In this document: positions 39,350-49,100 of the stretch, one piece after another
Numbering within the stretch: position 1 is the stretch's first letter
Layout: the number at the start of each line of letters is the position of its first letter
From: a virus
Lineage: Duplodnaviria > Caudoviricetes
DNA length: 57,093 bases
Reading direction: 5' to 3' (one strand)
Virus record (IMG/VR): IMGVR_UViG_3300030397_000312
Location: 1 to 57,093 of that record
Notes under the pieces: model-generated
Seen by the model: only the letters and a program-made list of their open reading frames with translations
Told to the model about the DNA's origin: nothing
Databases searched by the model: none
Position numbers and translations under genes: made by a program

Positions 39350-39749
39350 ATGGACCCTTATTATCTGCAACCATTAATCGAAAAGTCGCAGATGCTTCAC
39401 CACCTAAATTGGATATTTCGGGACGTATATGATTCACATTCTCCAATACGGCGGAAATTAAATCAGTATCCGATCCCCCCATATCTAAAAATCCAGCATC
39501 CGAGAGAAGTGTTGAATCTGCCGCGTGTAAGGTTGGGTATTTGGCAGTATCAGTTGCTATATACAATCCCCCGGTCCATTTGAACACATCACCAGTAGGA
39601 TTTGTAGGGAAACTCACCTGAACAGTCTTATCTGTCCAGTAGCCAATATCGTAAAGGGTGTCCCCTTCCCCTGTTGCCGTGAATATCCACTCGTATATGC
39701 GATACCCAGGGGCACGTTCGATTAATGTATGATTCGATACAACAGCCAT
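39342..39749 (-). CDS. hypothetical beta-rich (structural?) protein
   Basis: 135 aa ORF in operon. Confidence 0.55.
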   Translation of the reverse strand: MAVVSNHTLIERAPGYRIYEWIFTATGEGDTLYDIGYWTDKTVQVSFPTNPTGDVFKWTGGLYIATDTAKYPTLHAADSTLLSDAGFLDMGGSDTDLISAVLENVNHIRPEISNLGGEASATFRLMVADNKGPYG

Positions 39750-39751
39750 TA

Positions 39752-39907
39752 TTATGCCTTAATTTTACGTTTCTTTTGGCGACGCTTCTCACTAAGTGCA
39801 ATCGCTATCGCCTGCTTCCGGTCGGTTACTTTCTTCCCGCTGGAAGACTTCAGCTTGCCATGCTTAAATTCGCGCATGACAGTTTCAACTTTATCTTTTT
39901 TTGCCAC
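39752..39907 (-). CDS. DUF6496-like basic protein (51 aa)
   Basis: KVETVMREFKHGKLKSSSGKKVTDRKQAIAIALSE. Confidence 0.8.
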   Translation of the reverse strand: MAKKDKVETVMREFKHGKLKSSSGKKVTDRKQAIAIALSEKRRQKKRKIKA

Positions 39908-39980
39908 CTTTTTTACCACCACTAATGGTTACAGGCGGAACCGTAGATTTAATAATGTCTACTTTTACTTCTTTACCCAT
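39891..39980 (-). CDS. 29-aa basic peptide
   Basis: MGKEVKVDIIKSTVPPVTISGGKKGGKKR; overlaps both neighbours. Confidence 0.45.
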   Translation of the reverse strand: MGKEVKVDIIKSTVPPVTISGGKKGGKKR

Positions 39981-40077
39981 ATGCTTTTCTCTGTTTACCG
40001 AGCTTCTTACGTTTGGTGAGAAATCGGTCTTTAGATTTTCGCCTTTTCTCCTCGTCACTATAATCTTTCTTCGCCAT
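39973..40077 (-). CDS. 34-aa basic peptide
   Basis: MAKKDYSDEEKRRKSKDRFLTKRKKLGKQRKAYG; GGAGG SD. Confidence 0.55.
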   Translation of the reverse strand: MAKKDYSDEEKRRKSKDRFLTKRKKLGKQRKAYG

Positions 40078-40088
40078 CTATCCTCCGC

Positions 40089-40135
40089 AATAAAGCCGGG
40101 AATCCAGACGACACCGCTGGCCCCGGCAATTTTAT
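40089..40135 (-). other. intergenic stem-loop
   Basis: AATAAA-GCCGGG-CCAG...CTGG-CCCGGC-TTTATT pairing. Confidence 0.5.
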
Positions 40136-40138
40136 TAC

Positions 40139-40315
40139 TTAGTAAGATTTCCGCTTGCCACTCTTAGAAAGGGTTGGCTTGAAAGACAAAGGAGTCACCT
40201 TCCGAGGAGTCGTATGCAAACCCTCAACCGGCGTCTTAATAGGCGCACGCGAGCCAGCACTACCAGGCATATGTGGGGTTACACCGTGATCTCGAACTTT
40301 CATCTTATTCTTCAT
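40139..40315 (-). CDS. 58-aa basic Pro-rich peptide
   Basis: MKNKMKVRDHG...KSGKRKSY; AAGGAG SD after a promoter. Confidence 0.6.
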   Translation of the reverse strand: MKNKMKVRDHGVTPHMPGSAGSRAPIKTPVEGLHTTPRKVTPLSFKPTLSKSGKRKSY

Positions 40316-40343
40316 CTATATTCTCCTTTAACAGAATGGTACT

Positions 40344-40378
40344 ATTATACCTGAATTTGATCGTCAGTTCAAGGAAAA
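40344..40378 (-). promoter_or_regulatory. conserved phage promoter
   Basis: TTTTCC-TTGAAC-N17-TATAAT. Confidence 0.7.
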
Positions 40379-41080
40379 TTCCTCATTATTTTCATTATCC
40401 TGCTGTAGTATCTCAATATCCGCTAAATCTTCTACACGACCGGGGAAGATTTCTGAATTATCAAAATTACTAATATCAATGATTTCGGAACGCAGATGCC
40501 CTATCTGTACCGTTGTATCGAGCAATGTTGGTATCCCTAATTTTCGCAATCTCATAAAAAAGCTAAAATCCTCTGAATAATTCCCCATAATAGAGAAGGG
40601 TTGCTCCCCTAAGTCTACAGCAATTTGATCAAAAACATCACGCCTGACCGCGAGAAATCCAGCTCCAGCAGCATCAACACGCACGACATCATCATCCCAG
40701 GCTGTGCACGGAGAAAAACGACCTGTTTCTTTATGGTAAATATGAGCTTCAGGATGAAAAGGATATTTCTTGCGGAAATACATGCCTGTGATTACAGGCG
40801 CTTCATATTCTTCCATATGGCGAATCAAACGATACGCTGAATCCGCCTCAAAAACATGATCCGCATCTACTTGTAAGAGCCAATCGCCGAGGAAATTTTC
40901 AACTAACCAGTTCCGCATCGTTGAATGCATTGATCCCTTTGCGCGTAAATAATACGGTTCATATTGTTCATCGCAGAGAAATCGCTCATTAAATTGCACC
41001 ATCCCCATCCATGATTCCATGAATTCCGTCTGCACATACCCCATGCTTGCTAAAAATCCAATAGTTCCTGCAACTTTCAT
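40364..41080 (-). CDS. GT-A fold (GT2-like) glycosyltransferase
   Basis: RN...WLLQVDAD (DxD), AGAGFLAVRRDVF, SEDFSF, IGH. Confidence 0.8.
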   Translation of the reverse strand: MKVAGTIGFLASMGYVQTEFMESWMGMVQFNERFLCDEQYEPYYLRAKGSMHSTMRNWLVENFLGDWLLQVDADHVFEADSAYRLIRHMEEYEAPVITGMYFRKKYPFHPEAHIYHKETGRFSPCTAWDDDVVRVDAAGAGFLAVRRDVFDQIAVDLGEQPFSIMGNYSEDFSFFMRLRKLGIPTLLDTTVQIGHLRSEIIDISNFDNSEIFPGRVEDLADIEILQQDNENNEEFSLN

Positions 41081-42765
41081 TATACACCTATCCCTATAAT
41101 ACCCCAACCTATATCAATACCTACATCACGATAATTCAACGGATCGCAATGTCGCACCATAAAATTTGCCTTATGGAGCCAGTCAAACATCTCTTCTCGT
41201 TGGATTAATTTATGTGCATATGAAATATCATCCACATAAATTGCATCTTCACTACCTGCGAATCGTTGTTCTTCAGGTGTCCGATTATCCTCAGGATAAG
41301 TAATAACTACTTTTCCGCCAGGTTTTAGGCAATTATGCGCTTCCTGTAAGATGGCAATCCCGTCCTCCCTATTGCAATGCTCTAATACTTCCCCTAATAC
41401 AACAGTATCATATTCGCCATGATGTACAACTGGCATATGACGGATATCAGCCTGTAAGTCTATCTTATGTCGAATATCTGGTCGATTAGGCTCATAGTCT
41501 AAGATATCGACATTCAATGCATTTTTCTTTTCGCGCAATTTGGCGAAATCAGCACCAGCTCCCATGTTGAGTATTTTACCCGTCGCGTGCATGAGCTGGA
41601 AAATATTACGACTCGCGATACGAGAAGGACGATGATATTCCTCCTCAAGGAATTCTTGCGAACGGTCAGGTTCACCGGTTGCGAGATGGTGATATTGTTC
41701 TGCGATCCTATCCCAACTAAACATCTCACGCGCCCATTTCATCATATCTTGACGATATTGTTCTACTTCATCAGGAAATTCGAGTTGTTTCGCGATCTGT
41801 TCCGTTAATGCCATTGCTGCCTGCGTGAGTGTAAAAGAATGTTCCACTGTGCCATGAATCATCTTTCCCCATTGCACATAATCACCAAGTGCCCATAACG
41901 AAGAAGAGATAGGGATAGCGCCCATACATTGCGCCTCCATACAGGAGATACAACTTGTTTCTGGGAAATCGGTGATATAAAGATAATGACTAGAAGAGAG
42001 GAAATGTCTATAGAGAGCTTCTTGCGGTTGACGCGAACCCCATGTTACACCTGGCGTATCGTTGAGTTTTTTCTCGATTTCATCTGCTTGATCTGCGATT
42101 TCTTTAATACGCTTCCGCATGTTATCAAATCCATACGCGGAGTAGAATTCTACATTGTTAATATATTCACGAACACGCTTAAATACATGCAATGAAGGCA
42201 ATAATCCTCGATCAGGAGATGAGGTATGAATAATCTTCAACGGATCGCGTTCTACACCCTCTGCTTCAATCTTCTCAATGAGATCAGTACGAACTCCGTT
42301 ACGACTGAGACAAAATCGACGTTCTAGTTCGGGGTATTTTCTTTGGAGGTAATTAAGTTGATATGGACACAACGCGAAAATGATGTCATATGCGGCATAA
42401 TCATTTACACGCACTGGTCGAATTCCGCGACGATGAGAGTAATCTACATCCTGACATACAAGCCACGGCGTCTGACGAGCACCTAAATTCTCTAATTTAT
42501 GGACATAATCCGGTGCACGACTAATAACCCAGATACCGTCTAAAGAATGATCCGCATCGTCTATATGACGCCACGTCACTCCTTCATGTTCCTTCGGACA
42601 ATCGTCGGGAACAGGCGCATACGAGATCACCTCATGGCCCATTGCGGCCAATCGACGAGCTGTTTCTATGTGTGCTGTTTCAGAACCACCGATACCGGTC
42701 GTATCAGGACTGCGGAAGTCCCACGGTTCAAAGTGGATAGGGCTAACGAAAATAAATCTGGCCAT
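41080..42765 (-). CDS. GT-B (GT4-like) glycosyltransferase fused to a class I SAM methyltransferase
   Basis: GIGGSE..GHEV, SSPDRGL, ETSCISCMEAQ; ILNMGAG, GEVLEH, LKPGG. Confidence 0.85.
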   Translation of the reverse strand: MARFIFVSPIHFEPWDFRSPDTTGIGGSETAHIETARRLAAMGHEVISYAPVPDDCPKEHEGVTWRHIDDADHSLDGIWVISRAPDYVHKLENLGARQTPWLVCQDVDYSHRRGIRPVRVNDYAAYDIIFALCPYQLNYLQRKYPELERRFCLSRNGVRTDLIEKIEAEGVERDPLKIIHTSSPDRGLLPSLHVFKRVREYINNVEFYSAYGFDNMRKRIKEIADQADEIEKKLNDTPGVTWGSRQPQEALYRHFLSSSHYLYITDFPETSCISCMEAQCMGAIPISSSLWALGDYVQWGKMIHGTVEHSFTLTQAAMALTEQIAKQLEFPDEVEQYRQDMMKWAREMFSWDRIAEQYHHLATGEPDRSQEFLEEEYHRPSRIASRNIFQLMHATGKILNMGAGADFAKLREKKNALNVDILDYEPNRPDIRHKIDLQADIRHMPVVHHGEYDTVVLGEVLEHCNREDGIAILQEAHNCLKPGGKVVITYPEDNRTPEEQRFAGSEDAIYVDDISYAHKLIQREEMFDWLHKANFMVRHCDPLNYRDVGIDIGWGIIGIGV

Positions 42766-42797
42766 CTCTTCTCCTTGTTTGAGTTCGAGAGGTTACA

Positions 42798-42817
42798 GAG
42801 AGGGCCGAAGCCCTCTC
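42798..42817 (-). terminator. UUCG-tetraloop hairpin after the decoration gene (terminator or mRNA stabiliser)
   Basis: GAGAGGGC-TTCG-GCCCTCTC; weak U tract. Confidence 0.6.
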
Positions 42818-42835
42818 CAAGTTTAGATACTAAGC

Positions 42836-43630
42836 TTAGTTAGTACCAGATAAACCGAACGGAATGTTACCAAAGTCGAGCGTTAAGAACGCAAGCGCCC
42901 TAAACGGCGATGCTAAGTCAGACGCAACCGCAAGCGGAGCGTAACCAACAAAGAGCTGGCTATTGTCACCAGCAGCAGCATCAACAATCGCAGCAGTTCC
43001 CGCCTTCAAAGCCGCATTCGCGGTAATCGCAGCAGTCGTGAAGCGTGCCCCAGGAGTCATACCCCAGGACTGATACCATCCAAATTCAAAGTCATCCAGA
43101 CCATCGCCAGCGCAAACAACACCGTAGACATCGAAACTCAAGTCTGCATCAGCAGCATCTTGCGTTCCCCATACGCCCAAGAGCGTAATGTCATCGCCAG
43201 TGAGAATTGCCGTACTAAAAGGCAAGTCAGGATCAACGTTCACAGTCGCGGTACTATTATCAGTCACGATACTCGTCTCGCCTTCAGGAGCAGCACCAGC
43301 AGCCGAAGCAGCATCGTCCACCAAGGCAATAGCGCCTTCGTGAATACCAGATACCCAAGCATCAGCCTTCCCGAAAGAAGTAGTCGTACCAGACGTTACG
43401 TCGTCAACAGCCGTCCCAGCAGTCGTCCCATATCGCGTGGCGAGTTCACCCTGTGCAGTGTTCGAGCCAGATCGGTTCTGTCCATAACGGAACAACCGAA
43501 TCCCATACCCGTCCACCATGAACGCATAGGTCCCACCTCGCTGTTGGCGCGAGCTGTGGTCTTCATCAATATCATTATGACCGACAGGAACGATTCCTCG
43601 TAACCCAGCAGTCAACTTAGTTTGAGCCAT
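42836..43630 (-). CDS. capsid decoration/cement protein
   Basis: Downstream of the capsid gene; FRYGQN...VYGVV...FGWYQSWG pattern; strong SD. Confidence 0.6.
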   Translation of the reverse strand: MAQTKLTAGLRGIVPVGHNDIDEDHSSRQQRGGTYAFMVDGYGIRLFRYGQNRSGSNTAQGELATRYGTTAGTAVDDVTSGTTTSFGKADAWVSGIHEGAIALVDDAASAAGAAPEGETSIVTDNSTATVNVDPDLPFSTAILTGDDITLLGVWGTQDAADADLSFDVYGVVCAGDGLDDFEFGWYQSWGMTPGARFTTAAITANAALKAGTAAIVDAAAGDNSQLFVGYAPLAVASDLASPFRALAFLTLDFGNIPFGLSGTN

Positions 43631-43667
43631 TTTTTATATCTCCTCCTAGTAGTTTCCTACAAATAGG

Positions 43668-44003
43668 TTAATCATTTGGCATATACAGCCCAGAACCATG
43701 ATTCACATGATGCGTTGACACAATCTGTTCAAGTCGTGTCTGAGGTTTTGGGAGGTAGTTCCAAAATGCTTGATTTTTACGGCAGAAGTCAAATACAGTA
43801 GATGTTTTATAATCCGTGTATCGTTCTCCATCAGCTTGCACGCGAATGTATTCACATCCTTCTGCAATCGCTGGCCGTAATCCAATAGCTGCCCCAATCT
43901 CATCAGGAAGTCGAGTACCGACTCCCTGCTTTAAGTATCGAGGCAACCCCCAAACCTGAAACGTCTTCGGCCTCAGGTTATGATCTAAAATAATATTACT
44001 CAT
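43668..44003 (-). CDS. hypothetical protein
   Basis: 111 aa between capsid and decoration genes. Confidence 0.55.
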   Translation of the reverse strand: MSNIILDHNLRPKTFQVWGLPRYLKQGVGTRLPDEIGAAIGLRPAIAEGCEYIRVQADGERYTDYKTSTVFDFCRKNQAFWNYLPKPQTRLEQIVSTHHVNHGSGLYMPND

Positions 44004-44042
44004 AATGGAGGGGACTACACCCCAAATCCTTTCTAAGCTATA

Positions 44043-45029
44043 TTACGAAGTGATCGAAGTACTGACAGCATTCAGTCGCGGTGCGCAGTTGACTAACTGG
44101 CACGCGGCGAAGATACGCCAGACCTTCTGGTCTCGGTTAGCCGGGGTCCAAGGACCATCGGAAACAAAAGACCGCTGACTATGCACGAACAACTTAATGT
44201 ACGCGGTATTCAGGAAGTAGATGTGATTCGCGGGACACTGGTTGTCCACAACGATATCCGCACCCTGCCACCGAAGCACCTGGAAGCCTGCATCAGCGAG
44301 GTCCGCCCCACCGTCAAAACGCTTCAAGTTCTGATTCCCAGCACGAGCATTATCGGTCGTGGTTGCACCACCGATCAGATCATGCATAAGGTCCCAAATA
44401 TCCTGAGTCGTTACGATCAGGTCAGGACGGGCAGAACCCTTCGTCGCAGCGCCCATCTGGTCGGTCATATGTTTTAAGGTGAGGGCAGTAGCGGTATCAA
44501 CCGTACCCTTAATCACATTACCAGCACCAGTCGCAGCGCGATCGATTCCACCATACGAACCGACGGTATCACCATTATCGACTGCGGCACGAAGACCAAC
44601 CAACTCAGGGCCAGTCACCTTTGAACCATATAGGTCGGAACCAATACTGTCCTCTAGTTTCATCCGAGCAGCCTGCATTCGTACTTCAACCAAGTCGATG
44701 ACTCGCGAAGCACCTGCATTCTGAATCTGTTCGAGACCCTCAACGGTAACTGCACTGTAGTACAGAGACCACGGGAAGATCAACGAAGTCATGATATTCT
44801 TACGGGTGATATCCAGCTCATCACCTAGCCCATAAGCTCCACCTGGAGGTGAATCATACAGAAAAGGCTGTTGGATTTCATGCCCGCCGTCCAAGACGAC
44901 GTTGTTGCGACTTGCTAATCGCACGAACAGTGCCCGGCTATTGAAAAAGTTATCAATAACATCAGGCATGACGTGACGAATAGTAGTGCTAACTACATCA
45001 TCAAGTTCTTGCGTGACTGTAATTGCCAT
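44043..45029 (-). CDS. major capsid protein (podovirus type)
   Basis: DNFFNS..L..L...DGG.I..P; PDLIVTT; AGFQVLRWQGADIVVD..CP..IYFLNT. Confidence 0.85.
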   Translation of the reverse strand: MAITVTQELDDVVSTTIRHVMPDVIDNFFNSRALFVRLASRNNVVLDGGHEIQQPFLYDSPPGGAYGLGDELDITRKNIMTSLIFPWSLYYSAVTVEGLEQIQNAGASRVIDLVEVRMQAARMKLEDSIGSDLYGSKVTGPELVGLRAAVDNGDTVGSYGGIDRAATGAGNVIKGTVDTATALTLKHMTDQMGAATKGSARPDLIVTTQDIWDLMHDLIGGATTTDNARAGNQNLKRFDGGADLADAGFQVLRWQGADIVVDNQCPANHIYFLNTAYIKLFVHSQRSFVSDGPWTPANRDQKVWRIFAACQLVNCAPRLNAVSTSITS

Positions 45030-45045
45030 AGCTTATTTATTCTCC

Positions 45046-45852
45046 TTATTTATTTCGGGACGCAAGTTCAGCGAGGATCGCATCCTTACGTGCGCTCTGA
45101 CCACCGAGTTCCATATTCCCAAGTTTGGGAACCGGAGTTCCGGTCAAAACATTAAGGTCCTCTTTCTCACGTTCGGTTTCGAGTTCCTGTTCTCGCTTCT
45201 GTGCCCCTTCTTGTCGGGCTTGTTCTAGCTCGCGTTCATATTCGCGAGGCCCATAATACTGATTATATGCTTGCTCAAGATCAGGGATGTTCTGATGTCG
45301 GGCGTAATTCACAAGCTCATTCCAGTCAAAACCATCATCATCTTTATGGTTAATACGTACCCATAAGGCACGATCATATCCGTCGAGAGCTGCCGGGAGT
45401 ACTTCTCCAGTCATCGTTTCTAGCATTTGCTGCTGCACTTCTTCTCGTACTTGCTGAATCCCCTGTTGAAATGCTTCATTAAATAACTGCTCTTGACGTT
45501 GAAATAATTCGCGGGTCTGATCGTATGTAGTGAAATCTTCACCTTCTAAACCATTAAGATCATACGATGCTTTCCGCTCTACACTCTCCGTCGAGCGCTC
45601 TGGCTCAGGATCACCTTGTGGTAATCGTCCATTTAACGCATCTGACAAAAAGTGCGTAAACTGTTCTGGATCGGCATAATGGGCAGCCACATTATCGGCA
45701 TACCATTTGTCCCATCCTTGTGCGCGTGCGGCATCTGCCTGTGCCGTCTCATACTGTCCTTGCAGTTCTGAATACTGATCCTCAATCGCTTTGAGGCGTT
45801 CATACTCAGCTTGCAACTCTTCTTGAGTCATGCTCCCATCTTCATTCGGCAT
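45046..45852 (-). CDS. capsid scaffolding protein
   Basis: Acidic, helical, immediately upstream of the capsid gene. Confidence 0.65.
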   Translation of the reverse strand: MPNEDGSMTQEELQAEYERLKAIEDQYSELQGQYETAQADAARAQGWDKWYADNVAAHYADPEQFTHFLSDALNGRLPQGDPEPERSTESVERKASYDLNGLEGEDFTTYDQTRELFQRQEQLFNEAFQQGIQQVREEVQQQMLETMTGEVLPAALDGYDRALWVRINHKDDDGFDWNELVNYARHQNIPDLEQAYNQYYGPREYERELEQARQEGAQKREQELETEREKEDLNVLTGTPVPKLGNMELGGQSARKDAILAELASRNK

Positions 45853-45872
45853 AATTCCTCCTTATAAGGTTC

Positions 45873-46280
45873 TTACATTCCTGGTGGCGGCCCTGGCGGT
45901 CCCGGCGGTGGCATTCCAGGCGGCGGCCCCATCATCGGCCCCGGACCTGGAGGTCCTGGAGGTCCTGGAGGCATCATACCTGGCGGCATTGGAGGTCCTG
46001 GCGGTCCCGGTGGTCCACCCATCGGTCCACCTGGAGGTCCACCTGGTTTCCCAGAGAGTCGCTCCATAAGATTCAACATTACCTCCTTTGCACCGGATTC
46101 ATCTTTATCCGCGAGATCGTTAAACCATTTCAGGAATGTCATACCTACACGCGAAGGCTGCTCTTTCTTCTGAAAGCTCGCACCGCGAATAGGTAATTGA
46201 CTTGTACGTTTCAACGTAGGACCCTTCCGCTGAGAAGCGGGATCAGGGATTCCTTTCGCTGTTGGACTCTGTATTGCCAT
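45873..46280 (-). CDS. protein with Pro/Gly/Met-rich tail
   Basis: GPPGPPGPPMPPGM repeats. Confidence 0.6.
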   Translation of the reverse strand: MAIQSPTAKGIPDPASQRKGPTLKRTSQLPIRGASFQKKEQPSRVGMTFLKWFNDLADKDESGAKEVMLNLMERLSGKPGGPPGGPMGGPPGPPGPPMPPGMMPPGPPGPPGPGPMMGPPPGMPPPGPPGPPPGM

Positions 46281-46432
46281 TATCGTCCTCTAAGTTTCCG
46301 TTGATACGTCCTGATTCTCATATGTCTCCCACCATTTCCAAGTGCTTTGACTTGTGGAGCGCGTAAGCTGCCCTTGACAAGCCCTGAGCTTTTTGTTACT
46401 GGTGTTATAGGAGAACGTATCCAATTTTTCAT
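46280..46432 (-). CDS. 50-aa basic peptide
   Basis: MKNWIRSP...RTYQRKLRGR; TAATG-coupled on both sides. Confidence 0.55.
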   Translation of the reverse strand: MKNWIRSPITPVTKSSGLVKGSLRAPQVKALGNGGRHMRIRTYQRKLRGR

Positions 46433-46884
46433 TACGCAGTCGGATGCATACTTGCATTTCTAAACGACGGTCCACCTTGCGGTCCCTGCGGAGGAATACT
46501 CCCCTGCTGCACTGGAGGACCACCCGGACCAGCGGCTTTCGCCTGGCCTTGGGCGTTCTGTGTTTTGAGCTGCATTAATTCTGCTTGCTTCTTAATAAAG
46601 CCATCAGCTTCTTCTTGCGTCATTCCTCGCTCAAGGAGTGAATTCCGCAGCATATGCATACCAAGTGGACCTAACTTATCTGCATTCTGATAGGCATTAG
46701 AAAGGTCCTTAAAATATTTATTCATTAAATCAGATGCTTCGACCGCAGCCTTCGCATCATGTTGGGCTTTCCCCTCTTTGGCTTGACCTCCTTGAGGCAA
46801 CATACCCTGTGAACGAATCATCGTCCCTAGCGCCTGCGGGCCAATAGGTGGAGCCTGCATATTAAATGGTGCATTCGTTAACAT
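46432..46884 (-). CDS. Q/P/G-rich hypothetical protein
   Basis: 150 aa; near-leaderless start. Confidence 0.55.
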   Translation of the reverse strand: MLTNAPFNMQAPPIGPQALGTMIRSQGMLPQGGQAKEGKAQHDAKAAVEASDLMNKYFKDLSNAYQNADKLGPLGMHMLRNSLLERGMTQEEADGFIKKQAELMQLKTQNAQGQAKAAGPGGPPVQQGSIPPQGPQGGPSFRNASMHPTA

Positions 46885-46892
46885 TTGCGAAT

Positions 46893-46927
46893 ATTATACC
46901 TTTTTTTTACCCATGATGCAAGGAAAA
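46893..46927 (-). promoter_or_regulatory. conserved phage promoter
   Basis: TTTTCC-TTGCAT-N17-TATAAT. Confidence 0.7.
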
Positions 46928-47215
46928 TTACTCTTTATCGAGCATTTTTCCCTCTTTATATTTTTCTTCAGTAACAGAATCTATAATATTAACACTATGC
47001 GGCGACCCTGCATGGTAATTCACTTGGATTTTGCCAAAGAATTCAGGTCGTCGCGTGCGGTCACGTAATTCTTTATATTCTGCGTATGGGATATTATATG
47101 GAATATTCATGCGGACCCCGCGATCATTGACGTGGATTTCGCATACTTTCCCCATCTTCCCATCATCGAGCATTTGGTCGATAAGTTCGTGTAACCATTC
47201 TCTATTCTTCATCAT
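46928..47215 (-). CDS. hypothetical protein (DUF2292-like C-terminal half)
   Basis: FFGKIQVNYHAGSPHSVNI pattern. Confidence 0.5.
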   Translation of the reverse strand: MMKNREWLHELIDQMLDDGKMGKVCEIHVNDRGVRMNIPYNIPYAEYKELRDRTRRPEFFGKIQVNYHAGSPHSVNIIDSVTEEKYKEGKMLDKE

Positions 47216-49047
47216 TATTGTGCTCCTGCTCCCGGCGTTGGCGGCGAATCAGTAGGCTTTTGCGCAATCGGGACACCCTGCGGTGCGGCGGCTGCTGCCT
47301 GCTCCATTCGCGCTTGATTAACGAGCTGTTCCGCTTCTAAGAAGCCAGCAATTTCCATGACCTTTGATCCAGGCATTAAGCCCATATTAAACCAGTTTGC
47401 CGCAGCAATGATTTCTTGTTGTTTTGAGATAGACAATGAAGACATCGGTTTGACGCGGAATCGGAAATCCCTGAACGCATTATGCCAATCTTTACCCTTC
47501 AGGGCTTTGATCAGTGCATCTCGTTCAAACATATACGGGATAATGCGGCCATCGTCTCCGACTGTCTGCATAATTCTATTCTCATCGTAATACTGAAGTA
47601 CGCGAGCAATCCACTTCTGACCACAGCGCTGCATAAATGCTTCCATTTCACGTGCTTGCGCACGCACGATGGTTTGTGCAGCCATCTGAAGATTCTCAAT
47701 CGCGACACCAGAATCCGACATGCCCTTACCCTGGAGAGCCTCAGAGAGGCCCGTCACGTGCTCAACCGCAGTTATCATAAACTGCATAAGATTGAACACG
47801 GACGCGGGAAGGGCTGGCGGCCCCTCACGTCGTAACTCTGCGCCAGGACGTTTCTTAACAATCATACCCGGCTTATCATTCAGTCGATCCCACTGTTCGG
47901 TAGTGAGCGCATTCACATCACCAACCCAGATCAGATTGTTCATGTGCAGCGTATTCTCGACCATTGCTCCACCGAGTTTATTAATAATATCCTGGAGCTT
48001 CATGAGGTCTTTGATCTCTGATCGACCCCACGGATGTTCGATTTCCATTCCCCACGACATCATCTCCATAGGGAATAATTTGTCTACGTATGGATTTTCC
48101 TCGTCTATGAGTATCTTCCCGCCAGAACGGACAATATGTCTCCCGCCTTGGAAGACGAGATCATCTTTTCCGCGAGGCGCTTGTTTTGAGCGGGCGAGAC
48201 GCTCATTGATGTAATCCTGATCGCTTTGCGAAAGCTCACCCATCCGGCGATAATCCTTCAGCCAGAACTCCTGCAATACGGCTTTTGGTATTGCGGAAGA
48301 TTCCCATCGGACACGCTCATTTGGATTCGCAATTTGACGCACGTGTTCCTTCAGTGCGGAAATAGCATTAGAACCTCCGCGAACAGCTCCATCATGAAAT
48401 GTACTATATTTGGAAAACTTCGGGTCTGCGGAGACATCGACACCAAAACGAAACTTAATCTCGTCTAGTGATCGCAACTCCTCTAGGACTACATAATTAG
48501 CGGCTTGAATATCTTTCGCCATGACCACGGACGGGTCCATAACGAAGTGGCGTGGATCAATAGGGGCAAATCCAATATCACCGCGACCCCAATCAAGGGT
48601 GCGATCCCACGGCATATTGACAATACACGAGCCAAATATCTGGGCAGTATACAGCATATGCATCAATGTTTCCATGATGCCACGCTCGTCCCACCACGAA
48701 AGCGAGAGCTTAGACATAAGCTCGGACGCTTCTATGAGATTCGTATCATTATACGGCTCAATATTGATGACTGGCTTGGTGTCTGTCAGGAGAGCGGCTT
48801 TCCTCTTGATCGAGGAGCCGACAATATTCATCGTAAAAGGAATACGATGACGGGGAATGTTATCAGGCCACTGATCGCCACGTGCGTATTGCACGAGCGT
48901 TTCCCAATCTTTGTCTAAGTGACGGCGAGATTGGACACCTTCTTCAGAAAGGTGATCTAGGTACTCATTAGTCAGCGCATCGCGAGAATGTTGCTCGGAC
49001 GGCGTGTACGATAAGGCTTTCTTAATTTCATCTGCTACATTTGCCAT
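47215..49047 (-). CDS. portal protein (P22-like)
   Basis: YARGDQW, DLMKLQDIINK, EHVTGLSEALQG..SGVAI. Confidence 0.85.
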   Translation of the reverse strand: MANVADEIKKALSYTPSEQHSRDALTNEYLDHLSEEGVQSRRHLDKDWETLVQYARGDQWPDNIPRHRIPFTMNIVGSSIKRKAALLTDTKPVINIEPYNDTNLIEASELMSKLSLSWWDERGIMETLMHMLYTAQIFGSCIVNMPWDRTLDWGRGDIGFAPIDPRHFVMDPSVVMAKDIQAANYVVLEELRSLDEIKFRFGVDVSADPKFSKYSTFHDGAVRGGSNAISALKEHVRQIANPNERVRWESSAIPKAVLQEFWLKDYRRMGELSQSDQDYINERLARSKQAPRGKDDLVFQGGRHIVRSGGKILIDEENPYVDKLFPMEMMSWGMEIEHPWGRSEIKDLMKLQDIINKLGGAMVENTLHMNNLIWVGDVNALTTEQWDRLNDKPGMIVKKRPGAELRREGPPALPASVFNLMQFMITAVEHVTGLSEALQGKGMSDSGVAIENLQMAAQTIVRAQAREMEAFMQRCGQKWIARVLQYYDENRIMQTVGDDGRIIPYMFERDALIKALKGKDWHNAFRDFRFRVKPMSSLSISKQQEIIAAANWFNMGLMPGSKVMEIAGFLEAEQLVNQARMEQAAAAAPQGVPIAQKPTDSPPTPGAGAQ

Positions 49048-49058
49048 AGATAGTATAT

Positions 49059-49093
49059 ATTATACACTATCTGATGGCGTTAGTTAAGGAAAA
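49059..49093 (-). promoter_or_regulatory. conserved phage promoter
   Basis: TTTTCC-TTAACT-N17-TATAAT. Confidence 0.7.
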
Positions 49094-49100
49094 TTACAAA

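Noticed and set aside
45873-46060. Collagen triple helix from GPP repeats
   Set aside because: The Gly-X-Y register breaks every few triplets; better read as a low-complexity tail.
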